Shown here piece by piece: positions 13,957-29,101 of a stretch of DNA of 64,000 nucleotides. A program made the translations under genes and the position numbers. Position 1 is the first letter of the stretch, and each line of letters begins with the position of its first letter. The notes under the pieces are model-generated. The model saw nothing but the letters and a program-made list of their open reading frames with translations, ran no database searches and was not told the DNA's origin. The DNA is from Eledone cirrhosa (taxonomy: Eukaryota): contig OZ024740.1 of the NCBI GenBank assembly GCA_964016885.1, positions 229,276,001-229,340,000 on the forward strand. Reading direction: 5' to 3'.

Positions 13957-14700
13957 CTAGCAGCTGAGCCGGTTTGCACCCGGGGCCACTTTTTATTAAG
14001 TTAATAATTTGAAAAATATTATTGAAAGTTTATTATAAAGAAGCAGTTTCAGGAAAAAAAATAGAAATATGCACTTGGGGCTGGACAGCGTACAATGAGA
14101 AGGTAAGGGTTTTATTTCTTTTGTTAGAAAACAGTGACCTTTTTCGATTTGGCATTTCGTAAAATTCTACTGCAGAATCGATTTCATAAAACGGTACTGT
14201 ATGATCGTTATAGAAGTATTTAAATTTAATATGGAGCAACTGTAATTGAAAAATGAAAATGAAACGTACTGTAGAAGGCAACAGTTTATTAATCTGCATT
14301 TTCAAACTTGCATATCATCGACATTGCTATTTCGCTGTTAATAAACAACGCTTTTCACGTCGCTCCACTTCTCATTGTACGCCGTCCAGCCCCAAGTGCA
14401 TATTTCTATTTTTTTCCCTGAAACTGCTTCTTTATAATAAACTTTCAATAATATTTTTCAAATTATTGGTACTGTATGTTAACAGCGAAAGAACGTTGAT
14501 GAGATTAAAAATTTGTATGAAATTGTAAATAACTCATCCAAGTATTAGAACAGGGGGAAATAACTCACCGAGCGCGATAGTAAATAGACCGTTTGGGGGC
14601 CCTAGAGACCACATTTTTCAAGTTAGAGATTTGAAACCTCGTCTATTTGCTTCCTTGGTACATTTTACATAGGTGTGTAAATTTTCATGTCCGTCCGACC
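13957..14700 (-). mobile_element. Non-autonomous Helitron-like element (3' end at 13957) with internal ~95-bp inverted repeat (14003-14099 / 14370-14468)
   Basis: Minus strand GC hairpin CCGGGTGCAAACCGG then CTAG|T; 5' boundary uncertain. Confidence 0.5.
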
Positions 14701-14763
14701 ACGTCTACTACCATTTAACCGTGCACATCTGAATTTCAACCACCACCCATTTCACAAATATAT

Positions 14764-14855
14764 CACCAACCCCCACACACACACTCTCAAGAGCGTGAAA
14801 CTAATAAACCTTTGTTCGTACTGCTTCTCTGTTTTGTTCCCGTTCCATTTTCCAC
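14764..14855 (+). mobile_element. Family D 3' tail (also 28975-29058 and 29852-29928)
   Basis: CACTCTC(C/A)AGAGCGTGAAA..TAATAAAC..CTCTGTTTTGTTCC..TTCCA(TA)n occurs three times. Confidence 0.7.
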
Positions 14856-14881
14856 TATATATATATATATATATATATACA

Positions 14882-14940
<59 letters not shown>

Positions 14941-15397
14941 CAATCTATTTTAGAAGCACTAGGTGAGAGAGTTACGAAACTTTGAAAATAAAGTCAACTT
15001 TAGAATAAAGTTAATGGTTACAACACAAGTTTTTTAAAGCTATGAAAATAGACAAACAAGTGTAACACATTAACCCGCGGAGACGAAAAAAAAGCGGACA
15101 GCGCCACACAGTCAAATAAAACTAGATTGATACATTTAACTTTATTTTAAAGTTGTTTTAATTTCGAAAATCTTTTGGCTGAATCATAATGGAAAGGAGT
15201 GGTCCGTCACCACTTGGCTTAATCGGAAGTACATTTACACATATATGGAGGGTATGGAATTGAGTCTTACAGGAGGCGATGTCTACTTCATTCCTACATC
15301 TTAAAAATATATATATATTATGCAAAAAGTAAAGAGAAATAAAAAAGCAAGCGACACAGTACAATGAAGAAATATATTAGTTTAATACTTGATATAG

Positions 15398-15433
15398 TCT
15401 TAACGTTTCGGACCGTAGTCCTTCATCAGAAGA
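15398..15433 (-). ncRNA. Minimal type-I hammerhead ribozyme (family C pLTR, about 15325-15560)
   Basis: Minus strand TCTT-CTGATGA-A-GGAC-TACG-GTCC-GAAACGTT-AAGA; 4-bp stems I and II, loopless palindromic stem III. Confidence 0.7.
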
Positions 15434-15789
15434 TAGAATGAGAAGTAAAAGATAAAATAGAAAGATCGAGAATGAGAAGCGGAAGGAATGGAAAAAACAT
15501 TTTTTGCTGTGTTTAGTCAGCCATTTTGGAGTTCTGTGTAAAATCAAACATACAAACAGTCAAACACAAACTGAATGAGTATTAAATACATATAAAAAAG
15601 TGTATAAATTTTAATTTTAAAAAAAGATAGCAGTGACTTCGAAGTTTTGGGGTATAATGAGGCTCTTCAGTAAGTGACAAGGGAGTTTAAACTCAAGCCA
15701 CAAAGAACTATTTACATGCCTCATTGTTTTATTTCTTGCATTCTCTTTCTCTGTCTCATTTCCCTATCTGCTTCACTAGAAAAAGTATA

Positions 15790-16100
15790 ATGTCTCTCTC
15801 TCAGACGACGAGGCTCATCAGGGCAGTGTTTATCCTGGTTTTGGTGGCATAAAGTGACTGAAAGTATAAATCCCCACCCTGGACAGGACACCAGTCCATC
15901 ACAGGGTTAAACCCCCAACCATTGCTGGCATTCATTTTCAGCTGAATATACTAGAGCAGTCATGGGCAAACTGTAGGTAGAAGGAGCAACGTGAAATAAA
16001 GTGTCTTGCTCAAGGACATAACGCATCGCCTGGTCCAGGAATCGAACTCACAACCTTACGATTGCGAATCCAATTCTCTAACCACTCAGCCACACGCCTT
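15790..16100 (-). mobile_element. tRNA-derived SINE with V-domain-like core
   Basis: Minus strand GTGGCTGAGTGGTTAGA (A box), GAGTTCGATTCC (B box), GTCCTTGAGCAAGACAC, GATGGACTGGTGTCCTGTCCAGGG. Confidence 0.65.
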
Positions 16101-16126
16101 CACTCTATATATATATATATACATAC

Positions 16127-16429
<303 letters not shown>

Positions 16430-16954
16430 CGTTTAAACACACGCACACAAACATACTCTATCGAACAAGTAGACGGTTCTACGCGCAGAAAGAAGCTCAA
16501 ATTAATTCACGCACACACATAGCGTATGAACACAATACGCACACACACACATACACACACACAATCCAAACAAACAGGCCGAAACATGCTTCAATCTTAC
16601 ACACATTCATACATATATACATGTAGTCATAATGTGTACAGTATAAACGCATGATTACACAGCTACACGTTTCGCCTTCACACATGTATACACACGCACG
16701 ATTACACAAAAACGAGCGGCGTACCTACACATACATAAAAACGCGCGCTCACTCTGCTTTATTCCTCCACACACACACCCACACGCACACATACACACTC
16801 TCATACACATACACATACATCAAATCACATACACGCCGACTTCTTCTCCGCTGCCATCATGACACTATTTCTCCCCCGCTCTCTCTCTCTCTCAAATCAC
16901 TAACTGCTCTGTTTCTCTTCTACTCTTCATATCTCTTTATCCTATCCCCCTCCC

Positions 16955-17668
<714 letters not shown>

Positions 17669-17799
17669 CGTTATTCCGGGTTGATCGGAGGTAACCACAG
17701 AGATTCTACAGGACTAGAACTGTTTCATTCTTTATATATATACATATATAAATGAAAGTATAGAAATTATTGTGAGCGTGAAGCCAACAGTATTTCATT

Positions 17800-17978
17800 G
17801 TGGATTGGCAGTATCGGTAGAGGGTCGGACGCCATGCTTTCCAGCATAGTTACGTCCCTTTACGATCTGAGTTCAAACCCCGCCGAGGTTGACTTTGCCT
17901 TTCATACTTACGGGGTCGATAAAATATAGTACCAGTAATGCACTGGGTAATTGCTGGCCTTGTGCCTAAAGTAGAAAC

Positions 17979-17983
<5 letters not shown>
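17800..17983 (+). mobile_element. MESC/Meta-core SINE, near full length
   Basis: A box, B box, core and tail all present. Confidence 0.9.
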
Positions 17984-18054
<71 letters not shown>

Positions 18055-18055
18055 A

Positions 18056-18560
18056 AGTATTAAGTTGTTAAACAATATTCGATGATTATGTGAAAGAATG
18101 AGTTTTACAGTAGATTGGAAGCACTCAACTGTAAAATATTTTTCAGGAGTTATTAATATTAAAATATAAGTATTAATAAAATAGATGTTCTTTTGATCAA
18201 TTACATTTTATTAGAAATATTTCAGAGGTACAACAGTACGTCCTCATCAGACAAAATATAATTGTTTCTACTTTAGGCACAAGGCCAGCAAATACCCAGT
18301 ACATAACTGGTACTTTATTTTATCGACTCCGTAAGGATGAAAGGCAAAGTTAACCTCGGCGGGATTTGAACTCTGATACATGACATACCCTGAGATATTA
18401 AATGGTTAAGATTTAATCAAGGTACCTTGATTAAATCTTAACCATTTAATATCTCATGTATCATTATATTTTGTCTGATGAGGACGTACTGTTGTACCTC
18501 TGAAATATGTATAATAAAATGTAATTGATCAAAAGAACATCTATTTTATTAATACTTATA

Positions 18561-18570
<10 letters not shown>
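18056..18570. mobile_element. Family F palindromic element (centre GGTACC 18421-18426) with a SINE (18259-18373, -) inserted in the left arm; hammerhead at 18468-18520 (+)
   Basis: Arms are reverse complements once the SINE is removed; homologous to 27985-28235 and 57582-58005. Confidence 0.8.
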
Positions 18571-19190
<620 letters not shown>

Positions 19191-19206
19191 TATATATATA
19201 TATATA

Positions 19207-19280
<74 letters not shown>

Positions 19281-19284
<4 letters not shown>

Positions 19285-19537
19285 CAAAATATTAATAAAT
19301 GGATAGATTCACATAATCAAAATATATGTTATATTATATATATTTCGGAGGTACTGTGTTGTTTTTACCTCTGAAATATATATAATAAAACATATATTTT
19401 GATTATGTGAATCTATCCATTTGTTAATATTTTGAATAATATTAATAACTCCAGAAAACGTCACTGTTGAGTGCTTTTAATCTATTGTAAAACTGTATTC
19501 ATTGAATAATCAATGAACCTTGTTTAACATTTGGTTA
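19281..19537 (+). mobile_element. Family F relative: inverted arm (19281-19346) plus sense part and tail
   Basis: Arms are reverse complements; tail has GTTGAGTGCTT. Confidence 0.7.
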
Positions 19538-19564
19538 TATATATATATATATGTTGAACATTTT

Positions 19565-19611
<47 letters not shown>

Positions 19612-19717
19612 AGCATTTTCCTATATATATATATATATATCAGAAGATCCCGTTAAGGGTGAAAGCAGCGATTCTTTGCTTAAACTTTAATTTGTTATTT
19701 TAATAAATATATATATA

Positions 19718-19918
19718 TAGGAAAATGTCCAACACCCCGACGGCAGAGCTCAAGCCGTTTCGACGGCTATTTGAGTTTGAGTACAGAAATAGCCGTCGAA
19801 ACGGCTTGAGCTCTGCCGTCAGGGTCTTGTGCATTTTCCTATTACCCACTCCACTACGCTAAGTATTGATTACTCTGGTGTGTTATGGTTCACCTGGTTC
19901 CTTACCACAACTCATCCG

Positions 19919-19920
<2 letters not shown>
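19718..19920 (+). mobile_element. Family A copy (inverted arm, sense part, tail)
   Basis: Same architecture and sequence as 50702-50894. Confidence 0.8.
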
Positions 19921-19960
<40 letters not shown>

Positions 19961-20167
19961 TCACGGATGGATTGACTTGAACTCCCAGTTTTCCTTCCGT
20001 TTGGCCTTTTTCTATGACTGGTTGAGTTAGCAACTGAAACCAAACTTGGGAGTCCCAATAGATGTTTGTTATTTTTTTATATTTACATATACGGCCCCCA
20101 ACATTAACATATCTATCTATCTATCTGTCTATCTTTATCTATCAATCTATCTATCAATCTCTATCCA

Positions 20168-20256
<89 letters not shown>

Positions 20257-20257
20257 C

Positions 20258-20419
20258 AATATATAACTCCGACGGCAGAGCTCAAGCCGTTACGACGGCT
20301 ATTTCTAGAAATAGCCGTCGAAACGGCTTGAGCTCTGCCGTCGGGGTTATACATTTTCCTATTATTCACTCTACTACCCTAAGTATTGAGTACTCTGGTG
20401 CGTTACTACACTTCCTTCG

Positions 20420-20421
<2 letters not shown>
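20258..20421 (+). mobile_element. Family A copy with spacerless palindrome centre ATTTCTAGAAAT
   Basis: Inverted arms and a tail with internal deletion, ending TTCCTTCGTT(AT)n. Confidence 0.75.
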
Positions 20422-20459
<38 letters not shown>

Positions 20460-21067
20460 CCATGTATTTGCTTGTCTATCTAACATTGCCTTTTCTCTCT
20501 CTGCATTTCCGTCTTTATTTCCATCTCTCTCTCTCTCTCTCTCCCCTCTTTCTCTTTCTCTCTCCCTCCCCTCTTTCTCTCAATCTTGCACCACTCTGTC
20601 TCCTTTTCTCTCTATCTTCTTTAAAGTTTCTCACCTACTCCCTCTCTCTCATTGCCACACACTATCTCTCTACAATCCCCAATATCTCTCACTTCTTCTC
20701 TCTAGCTATCTTACTACTTCTCTCCCTCCATTACTCCCTATTCCTCCCTTTCTTTCTCTATCCCTCTCATTGCCTTCCCAGCACCCCTCTTTCTGAAACA
20801 CACCATAGCCGGTCCAGCTTCAACCGGTCGGCTTCTTGTTTCGTCCATCGGTTCATAATCACCGGCGTTTATGAACTTATGACCCCTCTTAGATTTGTTA
20901 TCCACCTCCCCTACACTCCAGCCACCCACCCACCCACATTCGGCATCTCGGGGTCTCGTCACCTTTCAGGCTAACCCCAATGCAAAAACATTCTTTCAGA
21001 AACCTAAATATACCACCATCCCAGCACCACCCAGCTGCTTTACTCTGTCTCTCTTCTTCCCCCTTCA

Positions 21068-21156
<89 letters not shown>

Positions 21157-21186
21157 TTATATATTTATATATATATATATAAATAT

Positions 21187-21274
<88 letters not shown>

Positions 21275-21314
21275 TATATATATGTATATATATATATGTA
21301 TATATATATATATC

Positions 21315-21373
<59 letters not shown>

Positions 21374-21383
21374 TATATATATG

Positions 21384-21414
<31 letters not shown>

Positions 21415-21416
21415 CA

Positions 21417-21447
<31 letters not shown>

Positions 21448-21714
21448 GTATATATATACATTATATATATATACATTATATATATATACATTATATATAT
21501 ATACATATATATATATACATATATATATATATGTATATATATATATATGTATATATATATATGTATATATATATCTATGTATATATATATATGTATATAT
21601 CGATATATATATATATATATATATACATGCTACTGTACGTCTGTATACATATATGTATGTACGTATACATACATACTTACATATATATATGTATATATAT
21701 ATATATGTATATAC

Positions 21715-21786
<72 letters not shown>

Positions 21787-22554
21787 CCGTCTCTTTATCA
21801 CTCCCTCTCTCCTTTTCATATTTATGTATATATATGTATGTGTATGTATGTATGTATTGTATGTATGTATGTATGTATGTATGTATGTATGTATGTATGT
21901 ATGTATGTATGTATGTATGTATGTATGTATATGTGTATGTATGTTTGTGTGTATGTGTGCATGTATGCGCGTATGTGTGCATGTATATGTGTATGTGCGT
22001 ATGTATGTTTGTATGTATGGATGTGTGTATGTATGTATATGTGTATGTATGTGTGTATGTATAAATATATATTTAATTATATGTATATATATGCTTATGT
22101 GTGTGTATGTATATAACTCTGTGTACGCATGTATTCATACATTTGTACACACACGCACACACACACATACATATATATATGTATGTGTGTGTGTATGTAT
22201 ATAACTGAGTATACGCGAATATTTATACACACACACACATATATAAATATATCATGTATTTATATACACATATACAAACATACACATACACAACTATTTG
22301 AATGACCTACATTGAAAAAGGGAGGGGGACTTACGAAAACAAAGTAAAATAAAACAAAAATAAAACAAAATAAAGAATATATAAAATACAATAAAATAAA
22401 ATAAAATAAAAAAATATCTCAAAGAAATAATGAAATAAGGAAATAAAATAAAGAAAAAAGAAATCTGCCAAAGTTTCCTTGCATGTAGTGTTATGGTTGT
22501 GACGTATATATATGTACATCATATACACATATATATACATACACACACACACAC

Positions 22555-22656
<102 letters not shown>

Positions 22657-22668
22657 GCTGACACGCTT

Positions 22669-22798
<130 letters not shown>

Positions 22799-23319
22799 AT
22801 ATGTATATATGTATATATGTATATATGTAGCCAGTTCCGAATAAATAGAATCCCAGGCTATTTAGCTGGTAAGAGTGTGAGACACTATGAGGTGTGGCCC
22901 GAATTAAGACAATTGTTCAGACAATTTGAAATCTTTTCCACCCTCAATTGTTGAAAACAAGTTAAAATCATTTAGTCATCATATTATAATTCTGCTTGTG
23001 TTTCGTCTATTCGTAACGTACGTTGCGCTTTAGTTGCATACACACATACAGCTACTGATCTCCATGGCTTAAAAAATCTTAGCTGAGTGAAATATTTTTG
23101 AAATTAAGAATTTTAGCAGAAAGTCACGATCTGGGTTTAAGATAGTTGTCACTACCTGGGTTCTAAAACACTATTTATAATTTAGCGGTAATATAACTTT
23201 CCGGGAGCCCGGCTAGAGTTGCGTCCCTTCAGGGTTTACCGGTGGTAAAATAACCTTAAAAAGCTTGTTAGACCCTAACCTGCTATTTCAAGCGTTAGAC
23301 TAATATATTCCTTCCATAT

Positions 23320-23976
23320 ACGGTACCGTTTCATATGTAACCCATTTGCAACCACGCAGCACGTCTTGTTTTCATATTCACACATATATATTTTCCCCCG
23401 CTGTGACCCGTCTTTTTCATTTTTACTGCTTCCTCTTTCTCTGTATCTCTCACTTCCCTTTACCCTCTCTAACAGTCACTCTCTCTGTTAGCCTCTTCCT
23501 CACCCTTCACTCACTCACTCTCTGCTACTCCCTCTCCTACTTCCTCCCGTTTCCCTGTGCGAAATTCTTTCCTCGCGCACACTTTGACCAGATTAATTGT
23601 TCCTTTTTCTCTCTCTTGTCTACGATTTCACAGAACTTATGTTCACCGATTTCAGGGACTAGACTCCTTCTTCCTCCCGTTTGACCTGTGCGAAATTCCT
23701 TCCTTGCTCACATTTCGACTAGGTTTGATGGTCTTTATTCTCTCTCGTCCACGATTTCACAGAACTTATATTCATAGATTTCTGGGACTTGACTCCTTCT
23801 TCCTCACTTTTCGTTGCATTACCATCTTTGATTGTTTACAGTCTCGCTCGTTCCCTTTATTTACGTGTCCCAACGACTTTCTTTAGCCGTTGCTCGCACC
23901 AACCGGAGGTATATGGTCTTTAAAGCGATAAAATACCAATGAAGGTTGGAAGATCACTGATGAAGGAGTAAATTTA

Positions 23977-23980
<4 letters not shown>
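23320..23980 (+). repeat. Interspersed repeat family E copy
   Basis: Homologous to 12817-13385; begins with the motif (TTTCATATGTAACCCATTTGCAAC) that ends the other copy. Confidence 0.75.
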
Positions 23981-24029
<49 letters not shown>

Positions 24030-24770
24030 GTGTGTGTAGTTAGGGAAGCATGAAAATGCTTATTGTGATCCAGTTCGTGGTTAAGAAAGCCAGTCTCGTG
24101 GACGGTTTCAACGTACGGTTAGGGGTAACTCCACAAGTTTGTAAGAATTCCGTTCAATCTTGGAGTATAAAGTATAAAAGAGAAAACACCGGGTAGCATT
24201 AAGAAAAGGATTTTATCCAGGTATTTACGACCGTTTCATTGGTAAGTGCAACCTTATATTGCTATACTGCAAATAGCAGTCACTCAATTATAATTGTTGT
24301 TCACGTCCAAATTTTCAAAATAGTGAGTAAGTTACTTTTAAAAAAAGTTCTTAATATATATAGAGAAAAAAGTATATATATATATGTATATATATATATA
24401 CATATATACATACACACACACACACATGTATATATGAGAGAGTCTTAGTTCTTGTTAGAATACCATTCTATGAGAAGGAAAACTCTGATGTAAAACCTGC
24501 GACTCGATGGCTACCTGTCACCGTTGTTCAGGGAGTGGGATTACTCACTTAAAAACACTTCAAGCATAGGCATCACTTGATCTAAACGACTTTCATATGT
24601 GTTGCGTGAGCATGGCCTTTTCTTTCTTTCTTTCTTTCTTTCTTCCTTACTTTCCCTGCACCATATTCAGAAAGGAATCTAAGTCCTTGGCAGGGCTAAA
24701 AAGTCATGTTCGGACCACCCTTGTATGAGAAAAAAGTCGAGAGATGGTAATTCTCGAAACCGACATGCAG

Positions 24771-24882
<112 letters not shown>

Positions 24883-24884
24883 AT

Positions 24885-24990
24885 GTAAAAGGTCGGGACC
24901 CTGACGGCCGAGCTCTTGCCATTTCAATAGCTAATTCCAGACTAATCAGTCTGGAATTAGATATTGAAACAGCTAAGCCACTTGCAGGTT
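24885..24990. mobile_element. Diverged family A relative with internal palindrome
   Basis: GACCCTGACGGCCGAGCTCTTGCCATTTCAATAGCTAATTCCAGACT / AGTCTGGAATTAG; similar pieces at 55855-55900 and 60198-60385. Confidence 0.55.
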
Positions 24991-25079
24991 AATTTCAGGA
25001 GCAGGCTGATCCGTCGATCGTATCAAATGGAACACTCACCGTCGTAACGGGTGATGTACCAGTTATACAACACAGCTAT

Positions 25080-25605
25080 AAGCGGCGAATTGCCAGAGTC
25101 GTTAGAACGTCACATAGAATGCTTCGCAGTATTCGTTTCAGCTTTCTGTTCTCTGAGTTCAAATCTCGCCGAGGTCAACTTTGCCTTGCATCATTCAAGG
25201 TCGATAAAAAGCCTAGTACTGGCGTTTATTCTTCCTCTAATATATCTCTCTCACTCCCATTCTTTCACTCACTCTCTATCATCTGGAAGAAATATACTGG
25301 ACTCAGACCTAGAGAGGAGATGGGCTGCCCAGGTTTCAAAATGTCCTCTACGACTCTCTCGGAAGTTACGGGTCCATATATATATATATATCACAGTTAT
25401 CTCAGTAGCCAGGATTTTTTTATCCATCATCAGTGACGCTTACTCGGTAATGAAACACAAATAAACTGTAGATTTTTCAAAGTGAGCAATTTTTTATCAT
25501 AAAGTTAACCGCGGCACGATTTGAACTCAGGGAGCATATAGGCGAAACAAATACCGTAAAATATTCTATCTGACGTTCTAATGACTCAATTCGCCGCCTC
25601 GCCGC
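25080..25605. mobile_element. Two diverged MESC/Meta SINE copies (25080-25225 +, 25490-25605 -)
   Basis: GAGTTCAAATCTCGCCGAGGTCAACTTTGCC and reverse GATTTGAACTCAG. Confidence 0.6.
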
Positions 25606-26467
25606 CTTCAAAATGCACTAGCTCATGTTTACAGATATTAATTCTCATTTCAAATCTTATAAATTCACACGACTTTTTATTTTTGGTTGCTCTGACAAAG
25701 CACAGCTAGCCTTATCTGAAACACCGACAGGCTACAAATAATACACAGCTAACCGCTTTTATTTTTTTCAAATTATGGTCAATTTGAAGACCAAAGGAAT
25801 TGTTTATATTTGATGTTTTCAGTAGTTTCGTATGAACAGTAATCTTCCTATGATGATAAATCGATAATTATCAATAGTTTATGAATAGTTTACCGACACA
25901 CGCATTATAGATACATTTTTTTTTTACCGCCGAAACTTTTTATACAACCCAAAGTGATCAGACCTCAAGAGGAAAACTATAGTGAAACATCAAAGATATT
26001 AGGATATTATGCAGTGTGAAATAACGAGAATATACCGTTATTGATATCACTGAATTTAAATACTTTTATACTTTATTGTATTTTAACCTTTTCTCCACTT
26101 CACACCCACTCAGACACTTATTTGAAGCCGTTTATCCCATTATTTATTCTTTATTTTCCTGGTTTCATTTGTTAGACTGCGGCCATGCTGGGACACAAAC
26201 TTAATTTTGTTGATCCCAGTACATTTTTTTTCTTTTTTTCTTTAAAATCAGATTCCAACTTAACACCAAATGCCTTCCATGTCTTAACATTGGACACCTC
26301 TGCTGCGACCTTTCGAGCCTGCATGTATCACAAATGCAAGAAGAACTTATTTTCAAGCCAAGCTGTATAAGCCTCCTTCTTTGCTTGAATGGCATCTTTA
26401 ATCTACTGATTGGACACTGGGGTCCTCCTGCTATGCGGTGCTACACCAAGCTGCTTTCGCTCGCTGC

Positions 26468-26543
<76 letters not shown>

Positions 26544-26544
26544 G

Positions 26545-26577
<33 letters not shown>

Positions 26578-26581
<4 letters not shown>

Positions 26582-26941
26582 AGTATGTGTTGGTTGTCTA
26601 CCGACACCTCAGTATGCAGGTTGGAGCACTCGACGAAGTACGCAAGTTGGTTTGTTTACTCCGGAGTAATGTAAAATAATAAGTGTAAGTCAACATGTTA
26701 AAGTCGGCTTCGTTTATTCAAATTCGTTGCTATACATATTTCGGTGATAGCCATTATTGGCTGTGACCTCATCAGGCAGTAACAATTTAGGCATAAAACA
26801 TGATGCTGTAATGGGTTGGTTCTACCCTGCTAATTCATCGATATGTCCAGCTCCTGTGTGTGTTGTCACTGAAATATGTATAGCAGCGAATTTGAATAAA
26901 CGAAGCCAACTTTAACATGTTGACTTACACTTATTATTTTA
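26578..26941 (-). mobile_element. Family N tail plus inverted-arm element (arms 26673-26747 / 26864-26941); relatives at 50515-50578 and 54659-54840
   Basis: Inverted arms visible; tail AGCACTC; (TA)n flank. Confidence 0.75.
26728..26778 (-). ncRNA. Type-I hammerhead ribozyme candidate (family N)
   Basis: Minus strand TGC-CTGATGA-GGT..AGCCA-ATAA-TGGCT..ACC-GAA-ATATGTAT-A-GCA; canonical G10.1-C11.1 pair. Confidence 0.65.
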
Positions 26942-26945
26942 TATG

Positions 26946-27125
26946 TGGATTGGCAGTATCGGTAGAGGGTTGGACGCCATGCTTTCCAGCATAGTTACGT
27001 CCCTTTACGGTCTGAGTTCAAATCCTGCCAAGGTTAACTTTGCCTTTCATCCTTACGGGGTCGATAAAATAAAGTACCAGTAATGCACTGGTTATTGCTG
27101 GCCTTGTACCTAAAGTAGAAACAAT

Positions 27126-27128
<3 letters not shown>
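26946..27128 (+). mobile_element. MESC/Meta-core SINE
   Basis: Full motif set present. Confidence 0.9.
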
Positions 27129-27188
<60 letters not shown>

Positions 27189-27498
27189 GAGATAACCACG
27201 GTAAGTTGTGGGGTCCAGTCTGCAGGAAGAACTCAATGTAATCCATATGTTGAAAATGTTGTAGGTTAAAATAAATTCCGGAAAACAATAAAACATCAAA
27301 AGGAAAACATAATATAAGTTAAAACAATGAAATAAAAATTCAAGCCATTAGAAATATACTTCACTGCTTTACGATCGTTTCTAGGGGATAATAATACATC
27401 GTACGCATATTTCGTTATCGATCTATGTAGGGTTAGTTACAAAATATCAAATAAGGAATATATTTACCTACATGTATATCACCAGCCGTTGTCAAAAG

Positions 27499-27544
<46 letters not shown>

Positions 27545-27984
27545 CTTTTGACAACGGCTGATGATATACATTTTTAGAAATGTAACACATTTATAAAATT
27601 TATAAAATTTATAAAATTAATACAAATAACCATCAACTTTTAAAACCTTAAATTTTGATTCTTCACCTTAAAATAACATAAATTAAATATTTTGAAATTT
27701 AACCGCTAAGTCTATATGTGTCCGATGAAAATTTCTGCATAAATTACTCCCCTTTATCTCTCTCTCTCTCTCTTTAATTATCTATCAGTTGCTTTCTCAA
27801 GCCAAAAAATTATAACTCCAGAGACGTCTTCCTCTATAATCCTAATTGTAGTATCCCAGATTTTAAAAACTCTCTAACTGTTACATTAAAGCAATGTTTT
27901 TCTTACTCACACCTTCTCTATTGATTCTATTACGTTTTCCCATGTTCTCATTATTAGGGTATAAATGTTGAGTTTTCTCATACG

Positions 27985-28235
27985 TTAATCACTACCTTGA
28001 TTAAATCTTAACCATCTAACATATCAGGGTATGTCATGTATCATTTTATTTTACCTGATGAGGACGTACTGTTGAACCTGATTCACGTACCTCTGAAATA
28101 TGTATAATAAAATTCAATTGATCACAAGAACATCTATTTTATTAATATTTGAATTTAATATTATATTAATAACTCTGGAAAATATTTTACTGTAGAGTGC
28201 TTCCAATCTCTCATTGAATCTTGTTTAACTCTTTA
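27985..28235 (+). mobile_element. Family F copy with hammerhead at 28048-28113
   Basis: ATTTTAC-CTGATGAGG..GTACCTCT-GAA-ATATGTAT-A-ATAAAAT; tail GAGTGCTT. Confidence 0.7.
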
Positions 28236-28287
<52 letters not shown>

Positions 28288-28935
28288 ATATATATGTATA
28301 TGTATATGTATATGTACAGAATCCACTAAACATCATAGGATTTTACCAACTTTTCAACCATCCTCTTACGGAATCACCTATATAACTCGCCCACACACAC
28401 ACCCCAACAAATTTTTTTTATCCACACGCCACCTACACCCACAACACGCTTAAACGCCACACACACGTGCTTTCCACCACATATTTACACCCTCAGCCTC
28501 CTGATTCCTCTCCCCCCACCCCTCTATCCACACACGCACAGGCACTCCAACCTACAACCCCCCCCACACACACACACCTCTTCCTGAACATGCAACCCCG
28601 TTCTTCCCCCAACCCTTACTTTCATATACACACACACACACACACACACGTACACCTACACACCCACACCACCTTCAGCCCTCCCCGCTCGGACACCCCG
28701 TCTCCCTCTCACCACCCCTACACACCCCACACCCTTCCACCACCTGTTTTACCCCCCTTTTAATTTCAGTTTATTTTAATCATGCTTTTATATTTAATTT
28801 TATTTCATTCCTTTTATTTTGATCATGCTTTATTTTTATTTTTATTTTTAATTTCATTCGCACCGTTTCCTTTTGCTATATGTCTCTCCACCACTCCCCT
28901 ACACACCCTTTGAACTCTGTTCCCACACACTTCTC

Positions 28936-28967
28936 ACCTGAGGAAGGGCTTATGCCCGAAACGTCGT
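28936..28967 (+). ncRNA. Minimal hammerhead ribozyme candidate (family D pLTR)
   Basis: AC-CTGAGGA-A-GGGC-TTAT-GCCC-GAAACGTC-GT; GUC triplet; very short stem I. Confidence 0.55.
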
Positions 28968-29055
28968 TCCCCACCAACACCCCACTCTCCAGAGCGTGAA
29001 ATTAATAAACATTCGTTGAACTGCCTCTCTGTTTTGTTCCTGTTCAAATGTTTCC

Positions 29056-29099
<44 letters not shown>

Positions 29100-29101
<2 letters not shown>

